A stretch of 64,000 nucleotides of DNA from Vicinamibacterales bacterium (GTDB lineage Bacteria; Acidobacteriota; Vicinamibacteria; Vicinamibacterales; UBA8438), in NCBI GenBank assembly GCA_965199675.1, contig CBDATI010000059.1, forward strand, positions 78,291 to 142,290. Reading direction: 5' to 3'. The notes beneath the pieces were generated by a model, which had not been told where the DNA came from, made no database searches, and saw nothing but the letters and a program-made list of their open reading frames with translations. Within the stretch, counting starts at the first letter, position 1. Each line of letters opens with the position of its first letter. This document shows positions 40,168-48,239 of the stretch, piece by piece. The position numbers and the translations under genes were made by a program.

Positions 40168-40718
40168 TCCGCATCAACCTGCTGGCCGCGGAACCCGCGT
40201 CGGAAGCTCCGCCGCCGTCGGCCGCGGGCCGTCGGGCGGCGACGGCGGGCGGACTCGTCGTTCTGGCGATCGCGCTGGGACTCATCGCGCGGGACGGGCT
40301 GGCGATTCGAGGCGAATCGAATCGTCTGGACGCGCGTTTGCGCGTCCTCGACCGTGATCTGGCCGCCCTGGCCGACGTGGCCGCGCAGCGGGAGGCCATG
40401 GAACGGCGCCGCGTCGATCTGGCGTGGCGCGTCGCCCGGACGCAGGCGCTGCGGGCGGCCCAGGGGGCGCCGGCGCGCGTGCTCGAACAGGTGGGTCGGG
40501 TCCTGCCCGACGATGCCTGGCTGACGGAGCTTCGACAGCAGGGAGGCAGGGTCACGCTGGCGGGCCGGACGCCGGAGATGACCGGTCTGACCGAGCTGGT
40601 GGCCGGCCTCGAGTCTTCGGGGTACTTCCCGCCGCCGATCGAGATCGTCGAGAGCCGGCGCGAGGGCGGGGCGGTTCACTTCGAGATTCGGGCGCGCTAC
40701 GGGAGTTCGTCGCCCTGA
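40164..40718 (+). CDS. pilN: PilN
   Basis: MIRINLL start with an ATGA overlap with pilM, one TM and a coiled coil. Confidence 0.8.
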   Translation: MIRINLLAAEPASEAPPPSAAGRRAATAGGLVVLAIALGLIARDGLAIRGESNRLDARLRVLDRDLAALADVAAQREAMERRRVDLAWRVARTQALRAAQGAPARVLEQVGRVLPDDAWLTELRQQGGRVTLAGRTPEMTGLTELVAGLESSGYFPPPIEIVESRREGGAVHFEIRARYGSSSP

Positions 40719-40793
40719 ATGGCGGCGGGGCGGGTTGGGGGCCGGGGCGCCGCACGGGGGCGTCACGCGATACGAGATGTCGAGGTGGGCAGG

Positions 40794-41393
40794 ATGGAAA
40801 CGGATTTCACGAGGCTTCCGCGCTACGCGCGCATCGGGCTGGCGGCGGCCGTCGTCGCGTCGCTGCCGTTGGTCTTTCGACTCGCCTGGGTGGGGCCGCG
40901 AACGCGCGAGCTGGACGCGAAACGGGCGGTGCTGGCGGGAAGGGAAGCGGAACTGATGGAGGCGCGTCGGGAACACGCAAGCCTTGCGCAGGCGCGCGAC
41001 GAGGTCGACGCGCTGCGCCTCAGGTTCGATGGGCTCGGCGCAGTCCCGCCGGGGCAGGAAGAAGACGTCTCCGCGCTGCTGCGGCGCCTGCAGTTCTTCG
41101 CCCTTCAGTCCGACCTGACGATTCGGGCCATCCGTCCCCGACCTGCCGGACCCGACGAGCCGGCGACGGCGTGGTCGTACCGGTTGCACGTCGACGGCAC
41201 CTACGACGGCCTGACCCGGTTCTTCCGGCAGGTCGGCGGCCTCTCTCGAATCGTCGCCATCGACGACGTGGTGATCCGGGCCGTCGACCCGCCCGAGTCC
41301 GGCCACACCATCGCGGCCGAGTGCACGGCCACCGCGTTCGTGCTGCGCGGGCCCTCCCCGTCCGGCGCGCCGCGAACCGGGGAGGCGGGATAG
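40794..41393 (+). CDS. pilO: PilO
   Basis: The call rests on position, a TM (IGLAAAVVASLPLVF), a coiled coil and a C-terminal ferredoxin-like part. The start may be 40719. Confidence 0.72.
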   Translation: METDFTRLPRYARIGLAAAVVASLPLVFRLAWVGPRTRELDAKRAVLAGREAELMEARREHASLAQARDEVDALRLRFDGLGAVPPGQEEDVSALLRRLQFFALQSDLTIRAIRPRPAGPDEPATAWSYRLHVDGTYDGLTRFFRQVGGLSRIVAIDDVVIRAVDPPESGHTIAAECTATAFVLRGPSPSGAPRTGEAG

Positions 41394-41888
41394 ATGGGCG
41401 CCGGGAGGGCCGCGGTGATGTCGGTGATGCTGACGGGGCTGGGGGTGACGGTCGTCGCGCTGGTCGGGGCGGCAGCGCCGCTCCGGGCGGGAGGGGCGAG
41501 TCAGGCGGGGGAGGCGGCGGGAGAAGCGCGTCAGGCGGCGCAGGCCGCGACGGGCGAAGGGGCGGGCGGGGGCCGGGACCCGTTCGAGAGGCCGCTCGCG
41601 CCGGTTTCCCGGTCCCCCGTTGAGGTTCGCGCCGCCGGTCTTTCGGGTCTCTCGGTCGACGAGGTCGTCCTGCGCGGCGTCGTCGCAATCCGGGGGAGGC
41701 GCCTGGCCGTGCTGGAGGGGCCCGACGCGCGGGCCCATGTCGTGAGGCCGGGCGACCGCCTGCACGACGGCAGGGTGCAGGAAATCACCCCGGACGGTGT
41801 GCTGTTCCGGCGGGATGCGGCCGATTCGGTCCCGACCGCGGAACGGGTGGTGCGCATGGGGCTTCGCGATTCGGAGGGTGCGCGATGA
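41394..41888 (+). CDS. pilP: PilP-like protein
   Basis: Position between pilO and pilQ. It has a lipoprotein-like N-terminus, the RDPF motif, and L.G.V...G.R.A.L.......V..GD.L.DG.V..I..DGV. Confidence 0.65.
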   Translation: MGAGRAAVMSVMLTGLGVTVVALVGAAAPLRAGGASQAGEAAGEARQAAQAATGEGAGGGRDPFERPLAPVSRSPVEVRAAGLSGLSVDEVVLRGVVAIRGRRLAVLEGPDARAHVVRPGDRLHDGRVQEITPDGVLFRRDAADSVPTAERVVRMGLRDSEGAR

Positions 41889-44095
41889 GAGGACGAGCGA
41901 GTTGCGTGATGGCCTGGATGCTGCTGGGTTCCTTTCCGGCGGCGGCCGGGGGCGAGGGGGCGCAGGCCACGGGGGCGGCGACCGCGATTGTGGCGGTCGA
42001 GGCCGCGGTCGCGCCCGATGCGGTCACGGTTGCGATCCGCGGGAACGGCGGCCTGTCGCCGGAGGCCATCCGGCTGGTCGAGCACTTTCGGCCCCGGCTG
42101 GTGCTGGACTTCCCGGGGCTTGCAGTCGAGGCCACCCTCGCCAGTCGCATCGGCATCGACCCCGTCGACCGGATTCGGGTCGCCCGACAGTCGGTGGCAC
42201 TGACCCGCGTGGTTGTCGAACTGTCTCGTTCGGTGCCGTATCGGGTCGAGACCGAAGGACCCGGCGCGTCGACCCTGCGGGTGGTGTTTCCGCGGCAGCC
42301 GGCGTCGATCGAGGCTCGGGTCGACAGCGCTCCCGACGTCCTCCCCGGCCCCGTCCTCGATGCCGTCGTTCCCCCGGCGGGGCCGGCGTTTCGGGTCGAC
42401 AGCGTTCCCGACGCCCGTCTGGGCCCCGTCCTCGACGCCGTCGTTCCCCCGGCGGGGCCGGCGTTTCGGGTCGCCGATGTTCCCGACGTCCATCCCGGCC
42501 TCGTCCTCGACGCCCCTTCCCCGGCGGGGCCGGCGTTTCGGGTCGCCGATGCTCCCGACGCCCGTCCGGGCCCCGTCCTCGACGCCGTCGTTCCCCCGGC
42601 GGGCTCGGCGTTTCGGGCCGACAGCGTTCCCGACGCCCGTCCGGGCCCCGTCCTCGACGCCGTCGTTCCCCCGGCGGGGCCGGCGTTTCGGGTTGCCGAT
42701 GCTCCCGACGTCCTCGCCGGCCCCGTCCTCGACGCCGTCGTTCCCCCGGCGGGGCCGTCGTTTCGGGCCGACAGCGTTCCCGATGCCCGTCCGGGCTTGC
42801 GTAGCGACGTCGCCCTCGCCGTCGGGGGCCGCGCTCCGGCCGCGGCCGCCCGGTTCGCCGGCCAGCCGCCTCCCGTCGGGCGGGTCTATGCCGGTGACCC
42901 GGTGTCGATGGACTTCCAGAACGCAGACCTGCGGGCGGTGCTTCGGGTGTTCGCCGAGATCAGCGCCCTGAACCTCGTCATCGATCCCAGCGTGCAGGGC
43001 GAGGTGAACGTCGCTCTCACCCAGGTGCCGTGGGACCAGGCGTTCGACGTCATCCTGCGAGCCAACGGCCTCGGCTATGAGATGGACGGAACCGTGGTGC
43101 GGATCGCGTCGATCGAACGGTTGCAGGAGGAAGCCGAGGCGCGGGCGGCCCTGGTCCGGCGCGAGGCGGAGGCAGGCGAGCTCGCGGTGTTCTCGCGGAC
43201 CCTGAGCCACGCCCGCGCAGACGATCTCGTGGCGCTCGTCACCGGCGCGTCACTGTCGTCGCGCGGCGAGGTGTTCACCGACCCGCGAACCAATACCCTC
43301 ATCGTCCGAGACCTCGAAGATCGGTTGCCGGCTCTCGACGTCCTGCTGGACACGCTGGACCGGTCGCAACCCCAGGTCGAGATCGAGGCGCGGGTCGTGC
43401 GCGCCGGTCACGATTCGGCGCGGGCCCTGGGCGTGCAATGGGGGCTCGGGGCGCGGCGCGACGCCGCGGCAGGGGCATCTGGAAGCGAGGTGCGCGACGG
43501 GCCGGACCGGCGCCTCGCCAGCGGCGTCGATCTCGGCGTCGGCGCGCCGACATCGATCCTGGGCGTCGCCATCGGCCCGTCCGACGGCCCCCTCGACCTC
43601 GACGTGACCCTGACGGCGCTCGAAAGCCGGGGCGAACTGCGCATCATCTCGAGTCCGCGCGTGACGACCCAGAACAACGTCGAGGCCGAGATTCTCCAGG
43701 GCGACCAGATCCCGTACCAGACGGTCGCCAACAACACCGTCACGGTCCAGTTCAAGGAGGCGGCGCTGACCCTGCGCGTGACTCCCCAGATTACGTCCGC
43801 CGATACCGTCATCATGCAGGTCGAGGTCGAGAACTCGTTCGCGGACTTCGCGCGGGCTCTCGGGAACCCCCCGATTCCTTCCATCGTGACCCAGCGCGCG
43901 GCGACGACGGTCCAGGTGCGTGACGGCGAGACGGCGGTCATCGCCGGCATCTACGAGAACACCCGCAGCGAGCAGCGCAGCCGCACCCCCGGCCTGCACC
44001 GCGTTCCCGTGCTCGGCTGGCTCTTCCGGAGTTCGGCCCGCAACGAGAGCACGGACGAGCTGATGATCTTCCTCACTCCCCGCATCGTACCGTGA
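41885..44095 (+). CDS. pilQ: type IV pilus secretin PilQ (AMIN domain + repeat linker + secretin)
   Basis: It has an AMIN-like N-terminus and the motifs MDFQNADLRAVLRVFAEISALNLVIDPSV (STN/N0) and C-terminal ..VPVLGWLFRS....E.DELMIFLTPRIV (secretin). Confidence 0.9.
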   Translation: MRGRASCVMAWMLLGSFPAAAGGEGAQATGAATAIVAVEAAVAPDAVTVAIRGNGGLSPEAIRLVEHFRPRLVLDFPGLAVEATLASRIGIDPVDRIRVARQSVALTRVVVELSRSVPYRVETEGPGASTLRVVFPRQPASIEARVDSAPDVLPGPVLDAVVPPAGPAFRVDSVPDARLGPVLDAVVPPAGPAFRVADVPDVHPGLVLDAPSPAGPAFRVADAPDARPGPVLDAVVPPAGSAFRADSVPDARPGPVLDAVVPPAGPAFRVADAPDVLAGPVLDAVVPPAGPSFRADSVPDARPGLRSDVALAVGGRAPAAAARFAGQPPPVGRVYAGDPVSMDFQNADLRAVLRVFAEISALNLVIDPSVQGEVNVALTQVPWDQAFDVILRANGLGYEMDGTVVRIASIERLQEEAEARAALVRREAEAGELAVFSRTLSHARADDLVALVTGASLSSRGEVFTDPRTNTLIVRDLEDRLPALDVLLDTLDRSQPQVEIEARVVRAGHDSARALGVQWGLGARRDAAAGASGSEVRDGPDRRLASGVDLGVGAPTSILGVAIGPSDGPLDLDVTLTALESRGELRIISSPRVTTQNNVEAEILQGDQIPYQTVANNTVTVQFKEAALTLRVTPQITSADTVIMQVEVENSFADFARALGNPPIPSIVTQRAATTVQVRDGETAVIAGIYENTRSEQRSRTPGLHRVPVLGWLFRSSARNESTDELMIFLTPRIVP
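42320..42799 (+). repeat. about 6.4 tandem copies of a 75-nt (25-aa) Pro-rich unit inside pilQ
   Basis: Protein repeat VDSxPDxxPGPVLDAVVPPAGPAFR occurs six times (one unit lacks a codon) plus a partial seventh. It lies between the AMIN and N0 domains. Confidence 0.85.
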
Positions 44096-44186
44096 CCGGG
44101 CCTGCGCGCCGGCCGCCGGTTGGAGTATCGTTCTCCGACGACAGCCGGCGGCGCGGGCGGCCGGCGGAGCCGCGGAGGCGGGCACA

Positions 44187-45344
44187 GTGGGGCAGGACGG
44201 GTATTGGGCGCGACGCAGGAGTCGTCTGTTCACGACGCCGGCCGGGAGCGGCGAGGGCGCGCCGAAGCCCGACGATCCGCCCGATCTCCTGCTCGTGACC
44301 CACGCCGCCAACGTCTTTTACCTGACCGGTTTCCGGGGCAGCGCGGGCATGCTGCTCGCCGGCCCCGGCGAGGCCACCCTGATCGTCGACGCGCGCTACG
44401 TCACGGCGGCGCGGCGCGTGCTCGATGACGCCTCGACGCCAGGCGCGCCGATCGCCCTCGCAGAGGTCGAGACGTCGTACGAGGAGACCCTCTGCGAGCT
44501 CCTGCGGGCGCGCGGGCGGTGCCGGGTGGGCGTGGAGGCCGATCACATGACCCTCGCCCGGCACGCGTGGCTCGAGCAGGCGCTTGACGGCTCCGGGGTC
44601 GAGCTGTGTCAGACCTCGGGACTCGTCGAGGCGGGCCGGCTGGTGAAGGATGCGGACGAGGTGGAGGTCCTGCGCGAGGGCGGAGCCCGCATCTCCGCGG
44701 TGATGGCCGAGATGCTCTCCGCCCTGCGGCCGGGCCGCCGCGAGCGCGACGTGGCCGCGGACGTCGATTGGGCGATCCGCCGCGCCGGGTTCGAAGGTCC
44801 CGCTTTCGAGACCATCGTTGCGAGCGGGCCCAACACCGCCCTGCCGCATGCGCGGCCCGGCGACCGCGAGCTGGCCGGGGGGGACCTGGTGCTGCTCGAC
44901 TTCGGCGGCGTGCACGAGGGGTACTGCGTGGACCTCACGCGGGTGGCGAGCCTCGGCCCCCCGACGCCGCCCGCCGCGGTCTGGCACGACGCGGTGCGGG
45001 CGGCCCAGGCGGCGGCGCTGGCCGCCGTGAGGCCGGGCGTGCGGACGGTCGAGGTGGACGGCGCGGCCCGGACGGTGTTGACGGACCGGGGCCTGGGGGA
45101 GGCGTTCGGGCACGGCACCGGCCACGGCCTGGGCATCGAGGTGCACGAGGCGCCGCGCATCGGCAAGCCGCGCGCGACCGACGGCGCTGAAGAGACACGG
45201 TTGGCAGCAGGGATGGTCATCACCGTCGAGCCCGGCGTCTACGTGGCGGGCGCGGGGGGCGTGCGGCTGGAGGACGACGTGGTGGTGACGGAGACCGGCT
45301 GCGAGCTGCTGACCGACGCGCCGCTCGATCTGGTTGTGGTCTAA
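44187..45344 (+). CDS. M24-family Xaa-Pro aminopeptidase
   Basis: GTG start with GGAGG upstream. Metal ligand pattern: DFGGVHEGYCVDLTR, HGTGHGLGIEVHE, ITVEPG, RLEDD. Confidence 0.88.
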   Translation: MGQDGYWARRRSRLFTTPAGSGEGAPKPDDPPDLLLVTHAANVFYLTGFRGSAGMLLAGPGEATLIVDARYVTAARRVLDDASTPGAPIALAEVETSYEETLCELLRARGRCRVGVEADHMTLARHAWLEQALDGSGVELCQTSGLVEAGRLVKDADEVEVLREGGARISAVMAEMLSALRPGRRERDVAADVDWAIRRAGFEGPAFETIVASGPNTALPHARPGDRELAGGDLVLLDFGGVHEGYCVDLTRVASLGPPTPPAAVWHDAVRAAQAAALAAVRPGVRTVEVDGAARTVLTDRGLGEAFGHGTGHGLGIEVHEAPRIGKPRATDGAEETRLAAGMVITVEPGVYVAGAGGVRLEDDVVVTETGCELLTDAPLDLVVV

Positions 45345-45386
45345 TGGGCTTCCGCAGGAGCGGACGGTAACCGCTGGGCTTCGGCA

Positions 45387-45682
45387 CCGTCACGGTCGGT
45401 GACGCCGGTTTCCTGTTGGTGGATTCGCTGACATGGATGTCGATCGGATCGGTCCCGTGCTGGACCGCGTGCTCGGTCTGACGCGCGGGCCGTCACGGTC
45501 GGTGACGCCGGTTTCCTGTTGGTGGATTCGCTGATATGGATGTCGATCGGATCGGTCCCGTGCTGGACCGCGTGCTCGGTCTGACGCGCGGGCCGTCACG
45601 GTCGGTGACGCCGGTTTCCCGTTGGTGGACTTGCTGACATGGATGTCGATCGGATCGGTCCCGTGCTGGACCGCGTGCTCGG
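45387..45682 (+). repeat. 103-bp unit in three tandem copies covering the accB 5' leader and first 15 codons
   Basis: Units start at 45387, 45490 and 45593 (ccgtcacggtcggtgacgccggtttcc.gttggtgga.t.gctga.ATGGATGTCGATCGGATCGGTCCCGTGCTGGACCGCGTGCTCGG). The copies differ at a few positions. Each begins with the hairpin CGTCAC-ggtcg-GTGACG. Confidence 0.9.
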
Positions 45683-46088
45683 CGCGATGCGCGAGCACGG
45701 ACTGGCTGAGCTGGAACTCGAAACGGAGGATCTGCGCGTCAGTGCGCGGAAGATCGGGACGGCGGCGCCGGTCGACGCGGCGCCGGTCGCGCCGGGTCGC
45801 GCGGCGGCCGGACCGGCGCCGGTCGCGACGGTCGTCGAGGCGCCCGTCGTGGGCACCTTCTACCGGGCCGGCGCACCCGACGCGGCGCCCTTCGTCGCCG
45901 TCGGCGACCGGGTCGAGCCGGGAGACGTTCTCTGCGTCATCGAGGCGATGAAGCTGATGAACGACATCAAGGCGGAGTTCGCGGGCGAGGTGGTGGAGGT
46001 CCTGGCCGAGAACGGCCAGGCGGTGGAATACGGACAACCGCTGTTCACGCTCCTGCCGGTTTCCGGCGCGCAGGAGTCTGCACGGTAG
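45639..46088 (+). CDS. accB: biotin carboxyl carrier protein
   Basis: 149 aa with a Pro/Ala linker and the biotinylation motif EAMKLMN. Confidence 0.93.
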   Translation: MDVDRIGPVLDRVLGAMREHGLAELELETEDLRVSARKIGTAAPVDAAPVAPGRAAAGPAPVATVVEAPVVGTFYRAGAPDAAPFVAVGDRVEPGDVLCVIEAMKLMNDIKAEFAGEVVEVLAENGQAVEYGQPLFTLLPVSGAQESAR

Positions 46089-46236
46089 AACGGCGCAGAC
46101 TCCGGGATGGTTGGTCGGCCGCCCGGCGGAGCCGTCAGGCGACGATGGGCGGGGCCGGAAGTCTGCGCCGCGGCCGCAGGCGACACTTGGCGGACCCGCG
46201 AGCGCGCCGGCGCCCTCGTCCCGCTGTGGTCCTGAC

Positions 46237-47586
46237 ATGTTCCGAAAGGTCCTCGTCGCCAACCGGGGCGAGATCGCCCTGCGGGTCGTCGCTGCCTGCC
46301 GGGAACTCGGCGTCCGCACGGTGGTCGCGCATTCGCAGGCCGACCGGGACGGCCTGCCCGCGAGGTTCGCCGACGAGACCGTGTGCATCGGGCCCGCCCC
46401 GAGCCGGCACAGCTATCTGAACCACCTCGCCGTCCTGGCCGCGGCGGAGACGACCGGCGCCGACGCCGTCCACCCCGGCTACGGCTTTCTGTCGGAGCGG
46501 ACCGACCTCGCCGAGGGGTGCGCGGCCGCCGGTGTCGCGTTCATCGGGCCGCCGCCGGAGGTGCTGCGGCTGCTCGGCGACAAGGCCCGCGCCCGGCGGG
46601 CGATGGGGGCGGCGGGGCTGCCCCTCGTGCCCGGCACCGAGCCCGTCGAGGACGCGGCGGCGGCGGCGCGGGCGGCCCCGGCGGTCGGTTATCCGCTCCT
46701 CGTCAAGGCGGTCGGCGGCGGCGGCGGCCGCGGGATGCGGCTCGTCGAGGCCCCCGACCGGCTGTCCGAGGCGTTCCGCGCCGCGGTGAGCGAGGCGGAT
46801 GCGGCCTTCGGCGACCCCCGCGTCTATCTCGAGCGTTACCTCGGCGGCGCGCGCCACATCGAGTTCCAGGTCCTCGCCGACAGCCAGGGTCGCACCGTGC
46901 ACCTCGGCGAACGCGAGTGCTCGGTGCAGCGCCGGCAGCAGAAGGTCATCGAGGAGGCCCCCGCGCCGGGCCTCGAGGCGGGCGTGCGCGAGCGCGTCGG
47001 CGGGCTCGTCGCGGCCGCCGCCCGGTCCGTCGGCTACGTGAACGCGGGCACGTTCGAGTTCCTGATGGACGGAGACGGCCGGTTCCACTTCATGGAGGTC
47101 AATCCCCGCGTCCAGGTCGAGCACGGGATCACCGAAACGGTGACCGGGGTCGACATCGTCAAGGCGCAGATCCGCATCGCCGCCGGAGAACCGCTCGGGG
47201 TGGAGCAGGACGAGGTCCATCTCGCCGGGCACGCCGTCGAGTGCCGGGTGAACGCCGAGCATCCCGAGACGTTCACCCCCAGCCCGGGCGCGATTCGGGC
47301 CCTCGTGCTACCCGGGGGCCCGGGCATCCGGGTGGAGACCGCAGCCCACGCCGGCGACATGGTCTCGCCGTTCTACGACTCGCTGCTCGCCAAGGTGATC
47401 GCCCACGGCGGCGACCGCACCGAAGCCCTGGCCCGCATGCGGCGGGCGCTGGGGATGATGGCGGTGGAAGGGGTAGACACCAACCTCGCGCTGCATCTGC
47501 GCATCCTCGGCGATCCCGATTTTCTCGCCGGCCGCCTGAGCACCGCGTTCCTCGACCGGTTCCTCGCCGACGCGGGGACGGGGTGA
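46237..47586 (+). CDS. accC: biotin carboxylase
   Basis: MFRKVLVANRGEIALRV.. and HPGYGFLSE. It has an ATP-grasp core. Confidence 0.95.
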   Translation: MFRKVLVANRGEIALRVVAACRELGVRTVVAHSQADRDGLPARFADETVCIGPAPSRHSYLNHLAVLAAAETTGADAVHPGYGFLSERTDLAEGCAAAGVAFIGPPPEVLRLLGDKARARRAMGAAGLPLVPGTEPVEDAAAAARAAPAVGYPLLVKAVGGGGGRGMRLVEAPDRLSEAFRAAVSEADAAFGDPRVYLERYLGGARHIEFQVLADSQGRTVHLGERECSVQRRQQKVIEEAPAPGLEAGVRERVGGLVAAAARSVGYVNAGTFEFLMDGDGRFHFMEVNPRVQVEHGITETVTGVDIVKAQIRIAAGEPLGVEQDEVHLAGHAVECRVNAEHPETFTPSPGAIRALVLPGGPGIRVETAAHAGDMVSPFYDSLLAKVIAHGGDRTEALARMRRALGMMAVEGVDTNLALHLRILGDPDFLAGRLSTAFLDRFLADAGTG

Positions 47587-48221
47587 GCGGCTACCCCCGG
47601 CTCTATGCGATCGTCGACGCGGGGTCCGCGTCCCGCGCGGGCTGGACGCCCGTCGATCTGGCGCGTGCGTATCTCGATGGGGGAGCGCGCCTCCTGCAGT
47701 TGCGGGCCCCCGCCGTCGACACCCGGACCCTGTTCGAGTGGGCGCGCGACATCGCCGCCCTGGCGGCGTCGCGGGGGGGCCGGGTCGTCGTCAACGACCG
47801 TTGCGACGTGGCCCTGATGGCGGGGGCCGACGGCGTGCACGTCGGTCAGGACGATCTTCCCGCGCAGGCCGCCCGGGAGCTGCTGGGGCCGGCCGCCCTC
47901 GTCGGTCTCTCGACTCACGACGCCTCGCAACTGGAGGACGCCCTCGCGCAGCCGGTCAGCTATCTCGCAGTCGGCCCGGTACGCGACACCCGGACGAAGG
48001 ATACGGGCTACGCCCCGGTCGGCCTGGCGGCCGTGCGGCGGGCCGCGCGCGCGGCCGGGGGGCGCCCGGTGGTGGCCATCGGTGGGATCACCCTGGAGAC
48101 CGCGCCGGCGGTGGTCGCGGCCGGGGCGGCCTCGGTCGCGGTCATCTCCGACCTGCTCGCCGGCGGCGACCCGGCGGGGCGCGTGCGGGCCTATCTGGAC
48201 GTGCTCGGCGACCCGGTCTGA
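47583..48221 (+). CDS. thiE: thiamine-phosphate synthase
   Basis: GTG start overlapping the accC stop as GTGA. Sequence features are LYAIVD.., VVVNDR.D.A...ADGVHVGQDDL and AIGGI. Confidence 0.85.
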   Translation: MSGYPRLYAIVDAGSASRAGWTPVDLARAYLDGGARLLQLRAPAVDTRTLFEWARDIAALAASRGGRVVVNDRCDVALMAGADGVHVGQDDLPAQAARELLGPAALVGLSTHDASQLEDALAQPVSYLAVGPVRDTRTKDTGYAPVGLAAVRRAARAAGGRPVVAIGGITLETAPAVVAAGAASVAVISDLLAGGDPAGRVRAYLDVLGDPV

Positions 48222-48239
48222 GCCGCCGGGCGGACGGGG

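Noticed and set aside
42320-45682. CRISPR array as an explanation of the regular repeats (75-nt in pilQ, 103-bp before accB, 23-bp at 52868)
   Set aside because: The repeats are directly abutting with no unique spacers. They are coding or leader duplications, and no cas genes are present.
47560-47600. Possible TPP riboswitch upstream of thiE
   Set aside because: thiE starts at a GTG overlapping the accC stop, so there is no leader for a riboswitch.
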